NCBI GenBank assembly: GCA_965209085.1
Contig: OZ242376.1
Span: 1,472,001-1,536,000, forward strand
Origin: Nitrosopumilaceae archaeon
GTDB taxonomy: Archaea > Thermoproteota > Nitrososphaeria > Nitrososphaerales > Nitrosopumilaceae
DNA: 64,000 nt
Reading direction: 5' to 3'
Shown here: positions 10,231-20,800 of the stretch, piece by piece
Layout of the letters: the number at the start of each line of letters is the position of its first letter
How positions within the stretch are numbered: the first letter of the stretch is position 1
Notes under the pieces: model-generated
What the model saw: only the letters and a program-made list of their open reading frames with translations
Databases searched by the model: none
What the model was told of the DNA's origin: nothing
Translations under genes and position numbers: made by a program

Positions 10231-10404
10231 TCATTCATGAGTGCATCCGCATTTTATCATTTCTGTATCAAACGTACAGTCATGCGGTCCTTCAGTTTTC
10301 ATCTCAACTGGAATCTCCCCCATGCATTCACTGTGTCTGCCTTTGGTGCAAAACCAGCATGTTTTTTGTGAGCTTTTAGTGGAGCACTTCATACAATATT
10401 TCAT
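10231..10404 (-). CDS. Small cysteine-rich (probable zinc-binding) protein, 57 aa
   Basis: MKYCMKC...CWFC....H.EC...HDC...CGC.H; ATG at 10404 just after the ilvE stop; ends 6 bp before the exonuclease start. Confidence 0.65.
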   Translation of the reverse strand: MKYCMKCSTKSSQKTCWFCTKGRHSECMGEIPVEMKTEGPHDCTFDTEMIKCGCTHE

Positions 10405-10423
10405 ATTATACCCCTTAAAAAAT

Positions 10424-11338
10424 TTATACGTAAAACAGCCAGGGTAAAAATTTCTGATTCTTGCCCCCCGTAACATCCGTATACCTTTTTTGCATCGATG
10501 TTGTAACCGGACCCGGTTTGCCGGATCCAATACTGACATTATCCACCTGCGTTATGGCAATTATTTCAGAAGCTGTTCCAGTTATAAACACCTCATCTGC
10601 CCCGTATACGTCCGCCCGGCTTAGGATAGATTCTCCAACATGCCCTCCACTCTCTTCTTCCATTTCAATAACACTCTCACGTGTTATTCCCCCCAATGCA
10701 CCGCTGCTTATAGGCGGCGTAGTTATCTGGGCATTTTTCACTATGAAAAGATTCGCAGTCGTTGCCTCTACTACATATCCCTGATAATTTAACAACAGCG
10801 CATCATCAAATCCGTTTCGCAGTGCCTCAGTGCGTGCAAGTATCGCGTTTGAATAGTTTGCCGCGCTTTTTGCATGCATCGGCTGAGAGCGCGAATCAAT
10901 CTTTAGCCAGCTTGATATCATACATTTTGCTGATGCATGTTTGCCAACAGTATGTTTTTTTGTGTTCCATTCCGCACATGAGATTGCAAGATCCGCCTTT
11001 GTTGATGCCGGTAAAAGTCCAACTGTATCATCCCCAAGGTATGCAATAGGACGTATGTAGCATTCATCCAATCCTCCCGCCCGTACTGTCTTTACTATTG
11101 CATCAAATACCTGTTTTTTTGTATACGGTATCCTCATAGAGTATAGTTTTGCTGATTGAAAGAGCCTCTCTACGTGCTCTTGTAAACGAAATATTGCAAG
11201 ACCATTTGGCGTTTTATAGCAGCGCAGCCCCTCAAAGACTGCAGTTGAATAATGCAGTGCATGCGTCATAACGTGCACCTTTGCCTTACCAAATGGCACA
11301 AGTTTGCCGTTTATCCATATTTTTTTTCCATATTTCAT
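10424..11338 (-). CDS. ilvE: Branched-chain amino acid aminotransferase
   Basis: HALHYSTAVFEG, FRLQEHVERL, YIRP, AKSAANY (PLP Lys), LGGITR, ADEVFITGTASEI. Confidence 0.95.
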   Translation of the reverse strand: MKYGKKIWINGKLVPFGKAKVHVMTHALHYSTAVFEGLRCYKTPNGLAIFRLQEHVERLFQSAKLYSMRIPYTKKQVFDAIVKTVRAGGLDECYIRPIAYLGDDTVGLLPASTKADLAISCAEWNTKKHTVGKHASAKCMISSWLKIDSRSQPMHAKSAANYSNAILARTEALRNGFDDALLLNYQGYVVEATTANLFIVKNAQITTPPISSGALGGITRESVIEMEEESGGHVGESILSRADVYGADEVFITGTASEIIAITQVDNVSIGSGKPGPVTTSMQKRYTDVTGGKNQKFLPWLFYV

Positions 11339-11380
11339 ATTAAATTTAGATTAAAATGTAATTTAAAGAATTATCGTATT

Positions 11381-13045
11381 TTATACAAGTGCCTGGGATG
11401 CATCATGGAACATTTGACTCTTTGCGCATCCGGACGCTAGATCATCACCGGATCCGCGCCTCATAAGACCACGGTATAGACCATCTTCTAGTTTCATTCC
11501 CTCGCGTTCTTCCCATTCTTCCACGGTGATTGAATATTTTTTCTGAATGCGGTCGCGATACCATTCTGGTATAACATTAAAAGCACAAAATGGCACTATG
11601 CGAAGATCTGGCGTTATATAGTGTATGTCGCATCTTTGCAGGCGTTCTAAATCTTCGTTGTATTTGTCCTGAAAGTGCATCATGCCTAAAAAGAGACCCT
11701 TGACATGCCAAGACCCGACAGAATCAAAAGTTCTTTTCAAGAGTATATTGCCAAACATTTTTGCCAAATCAAGACCGGCAGGCTGTTTTTTTGTATCCAC
11801 AAATCCTTTTAATTTTCGAACCACCTCTAGCATTGTAAAGTATTTGTTTTTGCCAGAGCGTATCTCCTCCACTTTATCCTCAAATAATTCCAGCATTCCC
11901 TGAATGTCACAAAACTTTGTAATTGGTACGAATTTTTTGGTGTCAGCATCCTCGAATATGTACGTTCCAGCACCGCATGCAAAGTGTATGGAAAGCTCGT
12001 ATTTTGGTTTGCTTGAAAACGCCTCTATGATGTTTGTCAAGGGCATGCAGCTTGGCACCGGAAACCAGTCATCCATCGTAACCTCGCCGTTTGTCTGCTC
12101 TTCTATGCGCTGTACACAGTCTGGAATTGTAATTCTATACTTTTCTCTCTCTTGTTTTCCCATCCTTCCCGTAAGGGAGACTGGTTGAAAGTTTACTGCG
12201 TGTACCACGTCCATGTTTTTCTGCGCATATCGTATAATACCTCCCAGTTCGTGATCATTTATTGATTTGATTACTGTAGGTACAAACACCACTGTCGTGC
12301 CAGTCTTTCGGCAGCTGTCAAGTGCATGCGGAATTTCCCAGTGGTTTTTTGGGTTTGTTCTTGCAGTTACTCCATCAAAGCTAAGATAGAGATTGTTGCA
12401 TCCGGACAAACGCACCTCACGGGCAGATTCCGGATCCAATGCGTGGCGTATGCCGTTTGTATTCATTTGTATGTGATCCACGCCTTCTTCTTTGATTATG
12501 CGGATTAGATCTGTAATATCTTCGCGGAGCATGGGCTCGCCTCCAGTAATCTGTATCGAGTTGCCAGCTATGGGCCTTTCTGCCCGCATTGTCTTAACCA
12601 TTGCCCGTACCTGATCGTGCGATGGTTCGTACATGTATGCTCCCTCTAGACCTTTTTTAACGTAGAAAAAGCAATACCAGCATGTAAGGTCGCATCTGTT
12701 TGTCACAATCATGTTTGCAAGACCGCTGTGTGAGAGATGGTTTGAGCACAAACCACAGTTGTTTGGGCAGGAGCATTTTTCAATCATTACATTTGGAGCG
12801 TGTACGCCTTTGCCGTCCTGCCAAAATGTACTAAATTTATTATACATGTCAGATGAGCCAAAATAGAGCTCTTCGCATTCGCCGTGTGATGGGCATGTTT
12901 TTGACATGAATACTTTGCCTTTTCTTTCAAATACTTCAGCATCTAGGATCATGTTACAGTCAGGGCATATGCTTTGCGTAAATCGAATTGTGGATTTTTT
13001 TCCCAAGTTTTTGATCGACTGACCGCTGATCTGTATAAGTGACAT
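11381..13045 (-). CDS. tes: Tetraether lipid (GDGT) synthase, radical SAM
   Basis: N-terminal SICPDC...KTCPSHG, CPNNCGLCSNH, NRCDLTCWYCF, QPVSLTGR and C-terminal RCDIHY...VPFCAFN, the MJ0619/Tes architecture; start at MSLIQ. Confidence 0.88.
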   Translation of the reverse strand: MSLIQISGQSIKNLGKKSTIRFTQSICPDCNMILDAEVFERKGKVFMSKTCPSHGECEELYFGSSDMYNKFSTFWQDGKGVHAPNVMIEKCSCPNNCGLCSNHLSHSGLANMIVTNRCDLTCWYCFFYVKKGLEGAYMYEPSHDQVRAMVKTMRAERPIAGNSIQITGGEPMLREDITDLIRIIKEEGVDHIQMNTNGIRHALDPESAREVRLSGCNNLYLSFDGVTARTNPKNHWEIPHALDSCRKTGTTVVFVPTVIKSINDHELGGIIRYAQKNMDVVHAVNFQPVSLTGRMGKQEREKYRITIPDCVQRIEEQTNGEVTMDDWFPVPSCMPLTNIIEAFSSKPKYELSIHFACGAGTYIFEDADTKKFVPITKFCDIQGMLELFEDKVEEIRSGKNKYFTMLEVVRKLKGFVDTKKQPAGLDLAKMFGNILLKRTFDSVGSWHVKGLFLGMMHFQDKYNEDLERLQRCDIHYITPDLRIVPFCAFNVIPEWYRDRIQKKYSITVEEWEEREGMKLEDGLYRGLMRRGSGDDLASGCAKSQMFHDASQALV

Positions 13046-13133
13046 ATACTGAGTGTGGATTTTTTTGTATTTAACATATTTCCACTTTATCAACGGTTAA
13101 AACGGGTATTTGTGCCTGACCATACGTGCCAAA

Positions 13134-13211
13134 GTATGAGGTCAGTGCCTCGTGCTAATTTGTGCCTACATCATTTATTGCGTAAATTCTAGGCATGATG
13201 TGACCTCGTAC
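13134..13211 (+). mobile_element. 78-bp MITE copy 1
   Basis: GTATGAGGTCA...TGACCTCGTAC ends; aligns end to end with copies at 14626 and 41185; flanks GTGCCAAA/GTACCGGA (degenerate TSD, 5/8). Confidence 0.85.
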
Positions 13212-13259
13212 GTACCGGATCTAATCGAGTTTATATATCATAATATAAAATTTGATCGG

Positions 13260-14027
13260 TTGAGCGTATCAAAAAATGCCAAAAAGGCATTAGAGCATTT
13301 GGGCATGGGTACAAATGAGATCAAAACGTATACTGCTCTCTTAAACATAGGCAGTGGGACAGCTGAACAGATTAGCAAGGAATCCGTCGTGTCATACTCG
13401 AAGATATACGTGGTGTTAAAATCACTGGAAGAAAACAAGTGGGTCACCTCTGATGATTCAAGACCTTCTGTGTATACTGTAAATTCTCCAGTATCAAGTT
13501 TGGATGTAATAAAGCGCAAAAGGGATGAACAGCACGATGAGGACAGGGCTGCAGTCATCTCAGAGATAGAGCCATTATATGAAAAAACAGGGACTGCAGA
13601 GATGCCTGATATTTTGTTTTTACGCGGAACAGGCAGTATTGTATCAAAGATTTTGGAAACGTCAGATTCGTGCAACAGTGAAATGATGATTGTTGTTCCA
13701 GCAGCCGGTCAGGAGATGGTAAAACAGGCCTTACCAAAACTGCGAATGTTGTATGACAGGGGCGTGAGCACTACAATACTTACATCAGATGAGATGGATG
13801 CGGATTCTGTAAAGGCGCTCTCAAGGGTTGCCACAGTGAAGATAAAAAACACCATATACGGGGGAGGCATAATATCGGATAAAAAACATGTGATAATACT
13901 TTTGGGTTCTGAGGATGGCAAGATGTTTACATCAGATATGGTTGCAATATGGGCAGATCATGCCGGTCTTGCAGGATTTGCCAGGGAATATTTTGAATAC
14001 TTGATAAAGGACTCGGATGGTGCATAG
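13260..14027 (+). CDS. TrmB family transcriptional regulator
   Basis: LEHLGMGTNEIKTYTALL...SKIYVVLKSLEENKWV wHTH plus PLD-like effector domain; the upstream ORF extension reads through the MITE, so start placed at TTG 13260. Confidence 0.88.
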   Translation: MSVSKNAKKALEHLGMGTNEIKTYTALLNIGSGTAEQISKESVVSYSKIYVVLKSLEENKWVTSDDSRPSVYTVNSPVSSLDVIKRKRDEQHDEDRAAVISEIEPLYEKTGTAEMPDILFLRGTGSIVSKILETSDSCNSEMMIVVPAAGQEMVKQALPKLRMLYDRGVSTTILTSDEMDADSVKALSRVATVKIKNTIYGGGIISDKKHVIILLGSEDGKMFTSDMVAIWADHAGLAGFAREYFEYLIKDSDGA

Positions 14028-14030
14028 CAT

Positions 14031-14501
14031 ATGGATGATATAAACAACGAGGTATTATTTGTAGGAACTGCTGAGGCTGAACACTTGGAGATGTATCTAA
14101 AAGCAATTTGGCACATAAAAGAAGACGGAGAAGAGGCAAAGATTAGCAATGTTGCAAAAAGACTCAATGTACGCCAGCCAAGTGTTGTTCAGATGCTCAA
14201 AAAATTGCGCGAGCGAAAACTGGTCCAGTATAACAAGTCAGGCGTACGTCTTACCGATGAGGGCAAAGAGATAGGTTCTGCAATGATACGCAACAGCAGG
14301 CTTTTGGAAGTGCTGATGGACAGCGCCTTGAAGATAGAAATAGATGAGGAGATGGTGTGCGGAATAGAGCACCATATGAACAAACAGTTTACCGATGCAT
14401 TATGTACAATGCTGCACCATCCAAAAAAATGCCCCCACAATTTTGCAATACCCAAAGGCGAATGCTGCGTACAGTCCAAAACCATCTCTGTCCATGAATG
14501 A
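14031..14501 (+). CDS. DtxR/MntR family metal-dependent regulator
   Basis: EMYLKAIW, VRQPSVVQMLKKL, LTDEG, RLLE, CGIEH, PKKCPH. Confidence 0.92.
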   Translation: MDDINNEVLFVGTAEAEHLEMYLKAIWHIKEDGEEAKISNVAKRLNVRQPSVVQMLKKLRERKLVQYNKSGVRLTDEGKEIGSAMIRNSRLLEVLMDSALKIEIDEEMVCGIEHHMNKQFTDALCTMLHHPKKCPHNFAIPKGECCVQSKTISVHE

Positions 14502-14625
14502 GCATTTTTTATAAAATCCGATCAAATTCATTCAAAATCATGCAACATATCCACCATCATCAAGCCCTGCTCATCTTGCCGGTATTGCAAATATTGGGTT
14601 TTAGAGTATAACATACGCTAAGATA

Positions 14626-14703
14626 GTATGAGGTCACATCATGCCTAGAATTTATGCAATAAATGATGTATGCACAAAATAGCACGAGATGCTGACCTCA
14701 TAC
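14626..14703 (-). mobile_element. 78-bp MITE copy 2
   Basis: Perfect 11-bp TIR GTATGAGGTCA/TGACCTCATAC; flanks CTAAGATA/CTAGGATA (8-bp TSD, 1 mismatch). Confidence 0.9.
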
Positions 14704-14739
14704 CTAGGATAGTATCTGACACAAAGTGTCAGAATCTAG

Positions 14740-15678
14740 ACTGCGGCAGCTAGAATGTGAATATTATAACACAAGACAAAAAAGCCCAATTCAATTTTCT
14801 GTGTTGCAAATTTGCGGGCACTCGGAGTGGATGAAAACCTTCTCTTCATGGATGAAAACGTGGCCTCTACGTTGCTGCGTTTGCAGTATATGGATAGAAA
14901 TTCATCAGGATTATCACGATGCCATCTTTGCCCATTGCGTCAAATCCACGTACACGAACACCTTTTCTTGGCATTATTACAGGAATTCGTCCGGTCTTTT
15001 CTATGAGCGTGCATGTGTTGCATGAAAGGTATGCTGCATCAAGCATCACGTGGCCGGAACCGTGCGGCAGTGTGCCACATATTTACTCAAATATTGGTGC
15101 ATCATGGCATCGTGCATGGGTAATATCATATGATATGATATGATATGATATGATTATGCTGTTTTCAGCAGTTACAATATGCAATTTGCGATAATCCCGT
15201 CTGTACCTTTATCCATTTTTTGCATAAAGCCATGTGTTATGCCCGTTTATTGCAATTCCTGTAAAATCCCCGTATAGCGTACCTTTCATTCCAGGTCAGC
15301 TCGCAGAATTTATCATCCATGTGATGAAATGCGCATCAATTATAGATGCTACCTGCAACGCCGACCTTGACGGCACTCTTTTCAAGCCCGGTATTGGTAG
15401 TAAATGTGGCGAATCTTCAAGATAATCTACGAGTTCATCGTATGACAATTGTTGTATTATTTTTAGGGCGATACACAGTCATTCCTAGGTGATCAAAGCC
15501 GTGTTGTTCTAATGGATTCTGTTTCCATGGCTTTACCCCTTGATTTTTTGCTTTCATTATAATCGAGGTTAACATTTGGTGTGATCTGGCAAGATTTCCT
15601 CATCGGTTGTGCTTTGTTGATTTCATTAAATTGGCTCTGATCTACTGATCCAAAGCTTTTTCGGTCATTTACGTTCAT
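14740..15678 (-). pseudogene. IS4/IS5-type DDE transposase pseudogene
   Basis: Across frameshifts and stops: LSYDELVDYL...VPSRSAL, YGDFTGI, YRKLHI, HDAP, LDAAY, YCKRSNVEATFSSMK (YREK motif); (ATATG)n microsatellite near 15128-15153. Confidence 0.8.
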
Positions 15679-15929
15679 GATCTAAAAGATTTATGGTATG
15701 TTTTTGATTTTATTCATGTAGAGCCCCAAAACTCTATAGGATTATATTCATACATACAGATTGTTATGTAAATGGCATGTTTTTGCGGCTGTGAGAAATT
15801 TGAAAAAAATCCCAACGGTGTAAAAATTTCATGCATGAAATGCGGCCATGGAAGACAAAACCATGATGAAGAGTTTAGGGCAGAATCTCGTGCAAACGTA
15901 GAAAAGAGCCAAAAGCGTGACGTGGAATT

Positions 15930-16364
15930 TTAATCGCCAATAATTTTAACCAGGATTTTTTTCCAGCGTCTGCCATCAAACTCCCCGTAAAAGATCTGCT
16001 CCCATGGACCAAAATCAAGCTTTCCTTGTGTGATTGCCACAACCACCTCCCTGCCCATCACCTGTCTTTTTAGATGGGCATCAGCGTTATCCTCTCCGGT
16101 TTTATTGTGATCATATGCGGAGGTTGGATCATGTGGTGCGAGTTTTTCTAGCCATTTTTCATAATCTTTGTGTAGGCCGGATTCATCATCGTTTATGAAA
16201 ACGCTTGCAGTTATGTGCATTGCATTTACAAGACAAAGTCCCTCCCGTACGTGACTTTGTAAAACCAGCCGTTGTATCTGCGGCGTAATATTGAGGAATG
16301 CACAACGGGTTTTTGTATTTATAGTAAGATATTCGGTACTAGATATCATGGATATTTTCCACAA
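15930..16364 (-). CDS. yjbQ: YjbQ / UPF0047 family protein
   Basis: [39 protein letters not shown]. Confidence 0.92.
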   Translation of the reverse strand: MWKISMISSTEYLTINTKTRCAFLNITPQIQRLVLQSHVREGLCLVNAMHITASVFINDDESGLHKDYEKWLEKLAPHDPTSAYDHNKTGEDNADAHLKRQVMGREVVVAITQGKLDFGPWEQIFYGEFDGRRWKKILVKIIGD

Positions 16365-16466
16365 TATGAGATATAAAAAGGAAAAGGCTCAGAACTCAAG
16401 ATCTATATCACCAATCATAGGGACTATCTCATCAACGCCTTTATAATTTGAAGATTATCGTCTAAA

Positions 16467-17756
16467 TTAATCTTGATAAAATTCACCGGCAATATTCTGC
16501 AACATTGTATGTTTAATACCTTTTAGTGAGTTTTCAAAACCCAAAGCCCACATGGCCTTGACCAGTGCAGTTTCCGGAAGCATTCCAGATAGCGGTACTA
16601 TTCCCATTTTTTGAAGATCTCGGCCGCTCTCATAGACGTTCATGTTTACATTGCCATCAATGCACTGCGAGGTCATCCCTAGAAATATTCCCGCATTTGA
16701 TGCTTTTTTTATGGAATCATACATTGTGCGTCCGACATGTCCAAGTCCGGTCCCCTCTAAGATTATCGCAGAGCATCCAGAGGATATTGCATAATCTATT
16801 ATCTTTGAATCAATTCCCGGATAATATTTTATTAGCCATACCTTTGTATTTATTACAATTTTTGGCAAATATTGCTTTTTATGAAATTGTTGCCTGATGT
16901 TTTTTTTAATTTCATCCTTTATTACAGTACAAGCTGGCTTTGCCCCCACGGTTTCAAATGCGCCTCGTTTACTAGTATGGTTTTTTCTTACACGTGTGGC
17001 AGAATGTATCGATATGCTTTCCCCGTCCACATCATGATGCATTGCCACAAAGATTCCAGGGTTTGGATTTGAGATGATAAATTTTGCAGCGCCAATCAGA
17101 TTTGATGCCGCATCCGAGGATGGCCTGTCAGATGATCTCTGCGATCCGGTTAAAACTATTGGTTTTGGGAATCCCTGCAATGCAAATGCAAGATATGAGG
17201 CAGTATGCTGCATCGTGTCTGTTCCATGTGGTACAATTATCCCGGCATATTCTGATGTTGCAAGACTGTCAAAAAAAGCCGCCATTTCAATCCACTGTTC
17301 AGGTATAATGTTTTCAGAGTGCTCTGAGAGAATCGTTTTTACATCAATATCGGCAACATCTGCCAATTCTGGCACAGATGATAAAAGATCTTCTGGTGAG
17401 AGTATTGGCGTTACCGCCCCAGTCCTGTAGTCTATTTTACTTGCGATGGTTCCTCCGGTAGATACTAGAAGAAGTTTTATAGAATTTTTGTTTTTTGGTT
17501 TTGCTTTTTGTCCATCTTTTATTCTCTGATCAGGCGTTTGGAGTTTTTTTATTGCTATATCATTTATGTTTATGCCCACGTTGTAACCATTTTTGAGCTT
17601 TAATACAATGATGTTTTTTGCACCATCCTCATACCTTGACATTAGTATGCCTTTATAGTTCATCTTTCCAGTTATTTCAACATAATTCCCAATATGGATA
17701 TTTTTAGATTTTAAAAATTCGAGCACGTCTCCTGAATAATTACCATATTCGGACAT
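16467..17756 (-). CDS. gatD: Glu-tRNA(Gln) amidotransferase subunit D
   Basis: LKLKNGYNVG N-domain, STGGTIASKIDYRTG, HGTDTM, GSQRSSDRPSSDA, VYESGR. Confidence 0.96.
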   Translation of the reverse strand: MSEYGNYSGDVLEFLKSKNIHIGNYVEITGKMNYKGILMSRYEDGAKNIIVLKLKNGYNVGININDIAIKKLQTPDQRIKDGQKAKPKNKNSIKLLLVSTGGTIASKIDYRTGAVTPILSPEDLLSSVPELADVADIDVKTILSEHSENIIPEQWIEMAAFFDSLATSEYAGIIVPHGTDTMQHTASYLAFALQGFPKPIVLTGSQRSSDRPSSDAASNLIGAAKFIISNPNPGIFVAMHHDVDGESISIHSATRVRKNHTSKRGAFETVGAKPACTVIKDEIKKNIRQQFHKKQYLPKIVINTKVWLIKYYPGIDSKIIDYAISSGCSAIILEGTGLGHVGRTMYDSIKKASNAGIFLGMTSQCIDGNVNMNVYESGRDLQKMGIVPLSGMLPETALVKAMWALGFENSLKGIKHTMLQNIAGEFYQD

Positions 17757-17806
17757 TACGTGGGATATAGTGTACGGGCTCTTAATCTTATCTAAATACG
17801 GCTTTA

Positions 17807-20800
17807 CTATTTAGTATCATCATACAAGAGATTTGAGAGCTGTTGCATGCGTGCAGTTTCCAACTCTAAGACAAGTTTGAATGAATCGCCTTTTCTAGAG
17901 TCCGTGCCGGTTGCATCAAAGTATATAGTTCCGCCATTCTCTGGCAGTGGTTTTATAATTGTGGCATGCCCCAATATTCCCGCAAGTGTTTCCTGGGCTC
18001 TTTTCTGCTCAGCGTATACAGTTGATGCAAAGTCCGGATGGTTGCGGTCAGGACCGTGCAGTGTTCCGTATGTGTTATCATCAGGTACTACATATTCGGG
18101 GGTGGTAATTTGACGAACCGTATTTCCGATTATCATCCATTGGTAGCCGTATTGGTCCACCCAGAGGTGCTCTGCTCTGTCGATTTGCACCAAATGCAGT
18201 GTTTCAACCGTATTAGATATGCCTGTAGCATGGGATGTGCTAATATCAATCTCCTTTGGCAAGTTTATGGAATCACCATCAACGTGTATTCCATCGTTAA
18301 AGTAAAACTGGTGTGCATTATTATCCCAGTCTACTGGTTTTATCGATACTGTATTGTATATGGGAGGCTCTCTGTATGAATATTTCAGCTCTACTAGCAG
18401 GCACTGTTGTACATCACCTGTGCATGATATTTGTGATACAGTAGATGATACATCAGAGTCTTCAAGCAAGTTTAGTTTATCCACTATAACGATCTCTTTT
18501 ACTGCAATACTGTCCTTTTGCATCCATACCTCTACAAATGCTTCAGCCTCATGATATAATCCAACATCAGGTACTCCCAGTGCAACCTCTACGCGTTTAA
18601 TGCCTGCAGGTCCAGCACTGTCGTATATTTTCATTTTTATCGTGTTCATATCGCCCACGTTTGTTCCAATCAGTGGGAATTCTGTATGATATCTGCCCAC
18701 GTTTACTGTCAAACCATTGTATTCAAAACCGTTTGTGACAAGCTGTGCCCCAGAGCTTGTCTTGCCCAATGTTGGTGCGTTACTATCACTATCACTATCA
18801 CTGCCACCAGAGCTTGTGGTGTTTACTTTAAAGTCAGAGAGGTGTGATGTCCATATCGTAACGGTGCGTGCTGTGGAATCGTACGTGTACAAGACGCCAC
18901 TAAAACTAGCATTTCCATTTATAACAGTCAGGGCAGAAGAAGCGTCATCAATAGTACCACTGTAACGATTTATTGTATCATATGAATCAAAAGTACCGTT
19001 TCTAACAAATGCTTCAAATGAGGATCTAATGCCTGAAAAAGTTAATTCCAGTGCATTGCCTGTGAGCGTATATGAGATGTTATCAAATCCAAATCTTATT
19101 GCATCATCATTATGGTTGTCTATAATTTCATGAATGGTAAAGTTTCCAGGGTTTGAATTATTAGTATTAAATGTCATTGTGGTGTTACGTTCTATTTTTG
19201 CCGTTATTTTTAAATTTACCATTAGATCAAGTGGGTGAGGATATGTTGTAGTGTGCGTAACTGTAGAACCAGATGTAGTGTTAGATGTAACAGCGGATGT
19301 GTTCAATTCCAGTGTTGATGCGTGTAATTTAAGCCGGTTATCAGGATTGATGAGGCCATCATTATGTATTTGAGCCATTATTATACCATCAGGGTTTTGA
19401 ACTATTGGAGTGTTGCTGTCAATGTGGCTAGAGTTTAGAATTGTGGTGCCGTTTACATTCCTTACGTCGATGTATGTTGTAGCACTAGAGCCCGGATTGC
19501 CTGCATTGTCATCATTTGCAGTACATGTAACAGGGTATACGTGGGCGGTCTCATTGTTAACATGTGTTGTGTCACATGTTGGAATTGTAAAATTATAATT
19601 TGGATCACCATCTGTCACGGTACCTGTAATTACCTGAGGTTGTTCGCCTATCGTGATGAATTTAGGCAGGTCTAGTGTAATAGTTGGAGGTATGGTATCG
19701 ACAAATACGTTGGAACCGGTTAGATCATCGTGTGTAACAATCAGGGTTGCTCCGTTGGCATTTGTAACCGTAATGATAAAAGTGGCGTTTGATTCGATTG
19801 CACTAGTTGGAATTATACGAGTTGCTGTGAGGGTACTACCTGACGAAGAATTAGTAGTGAGTGGACCGTTTTGAATTGTTACCGTATCGCTTGTAATGGT
19901 ATCATTTATCACCAACATTAGAGTCAGCGTATCGCCAGCTTTTGCGTATTGGGTGTTTTGGTTGTCAGATGTAAGGGTTAATGTGTTAATAATAATTGGC
20001 GGTGTATCCTGTACGATAACATTTCGTGTTATGGTCGGTCCTGTATTGCCTGCAGGATCATCTGGTGCAGTATAAGTGAGGGTATAGTTGCCAGCTGTTG
20101 CAATATCTACAGTGCCATCTCCGGATACTTTTACGCTACCTGTTGCATATGATGCATCAGTTGCATTTGCACCCGGGTCGGTAAACGTATATCCAAGTAT
20201 TTGGATTGTGTTATTATTACCGATTAGTGTTATTTCAGGAGCTATCGTATCTATAGTGACATATGAGCTGTCTGTGATGTCAGCATTTGTTACTGATATT
20301 TGACCACCAGTAGAGTTTGTCACGGTAATTGAAAACGCGGCATCTCCATCATCGCCGGATACGACAGTGGCAATAAATTCAGCAGAGCCGCCGGTTATAG
20401 TACTAGACAATGATCTGCCAAGCAAGGTTCCATTGGTATTGTCCAAATCAGAACTATCTGTGGCAAGTGTGACGGTTATGTTTTTGCCTGCATTTGCATA
20501 ATTGGTGCCTGATGAGCTTGCAATAGTCAGCGAGTTGATTGTAATTGGTTCAAAGTCAACCACTGTAACTGTTCGTGTTACACTAGGACCGGCATTTCCT
20601 GCCCCATCAGGATTGGCAGTATACGTGTATAATACAACAGAGCCTAACACGCTCGTATCCAAAGTGGCGTTTGTGGCAATGTTAAAAGTGCCAGCATAAT
20701 TTGGATCCCCGTCAGTTACAGTAACGTTTGGAATAGACGATGCATTGTTGTTTTGCAATATGTTGTGGTTTTTAGAGCCAATCAGGGATATTTCAGGTGC

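Noticed and set aside
13152-13259. N-terminal extension of the TrmB ORF
   Set aside because: Read-through of the MITE, not part of the protein family.
15723-15881. Imperfect inverted repeat GCCCCAAAACTCT / AGAGTTTAGGGC as a second MITE
   Set aside because: Needs an indel, no TSD seen and no second copy in the window.
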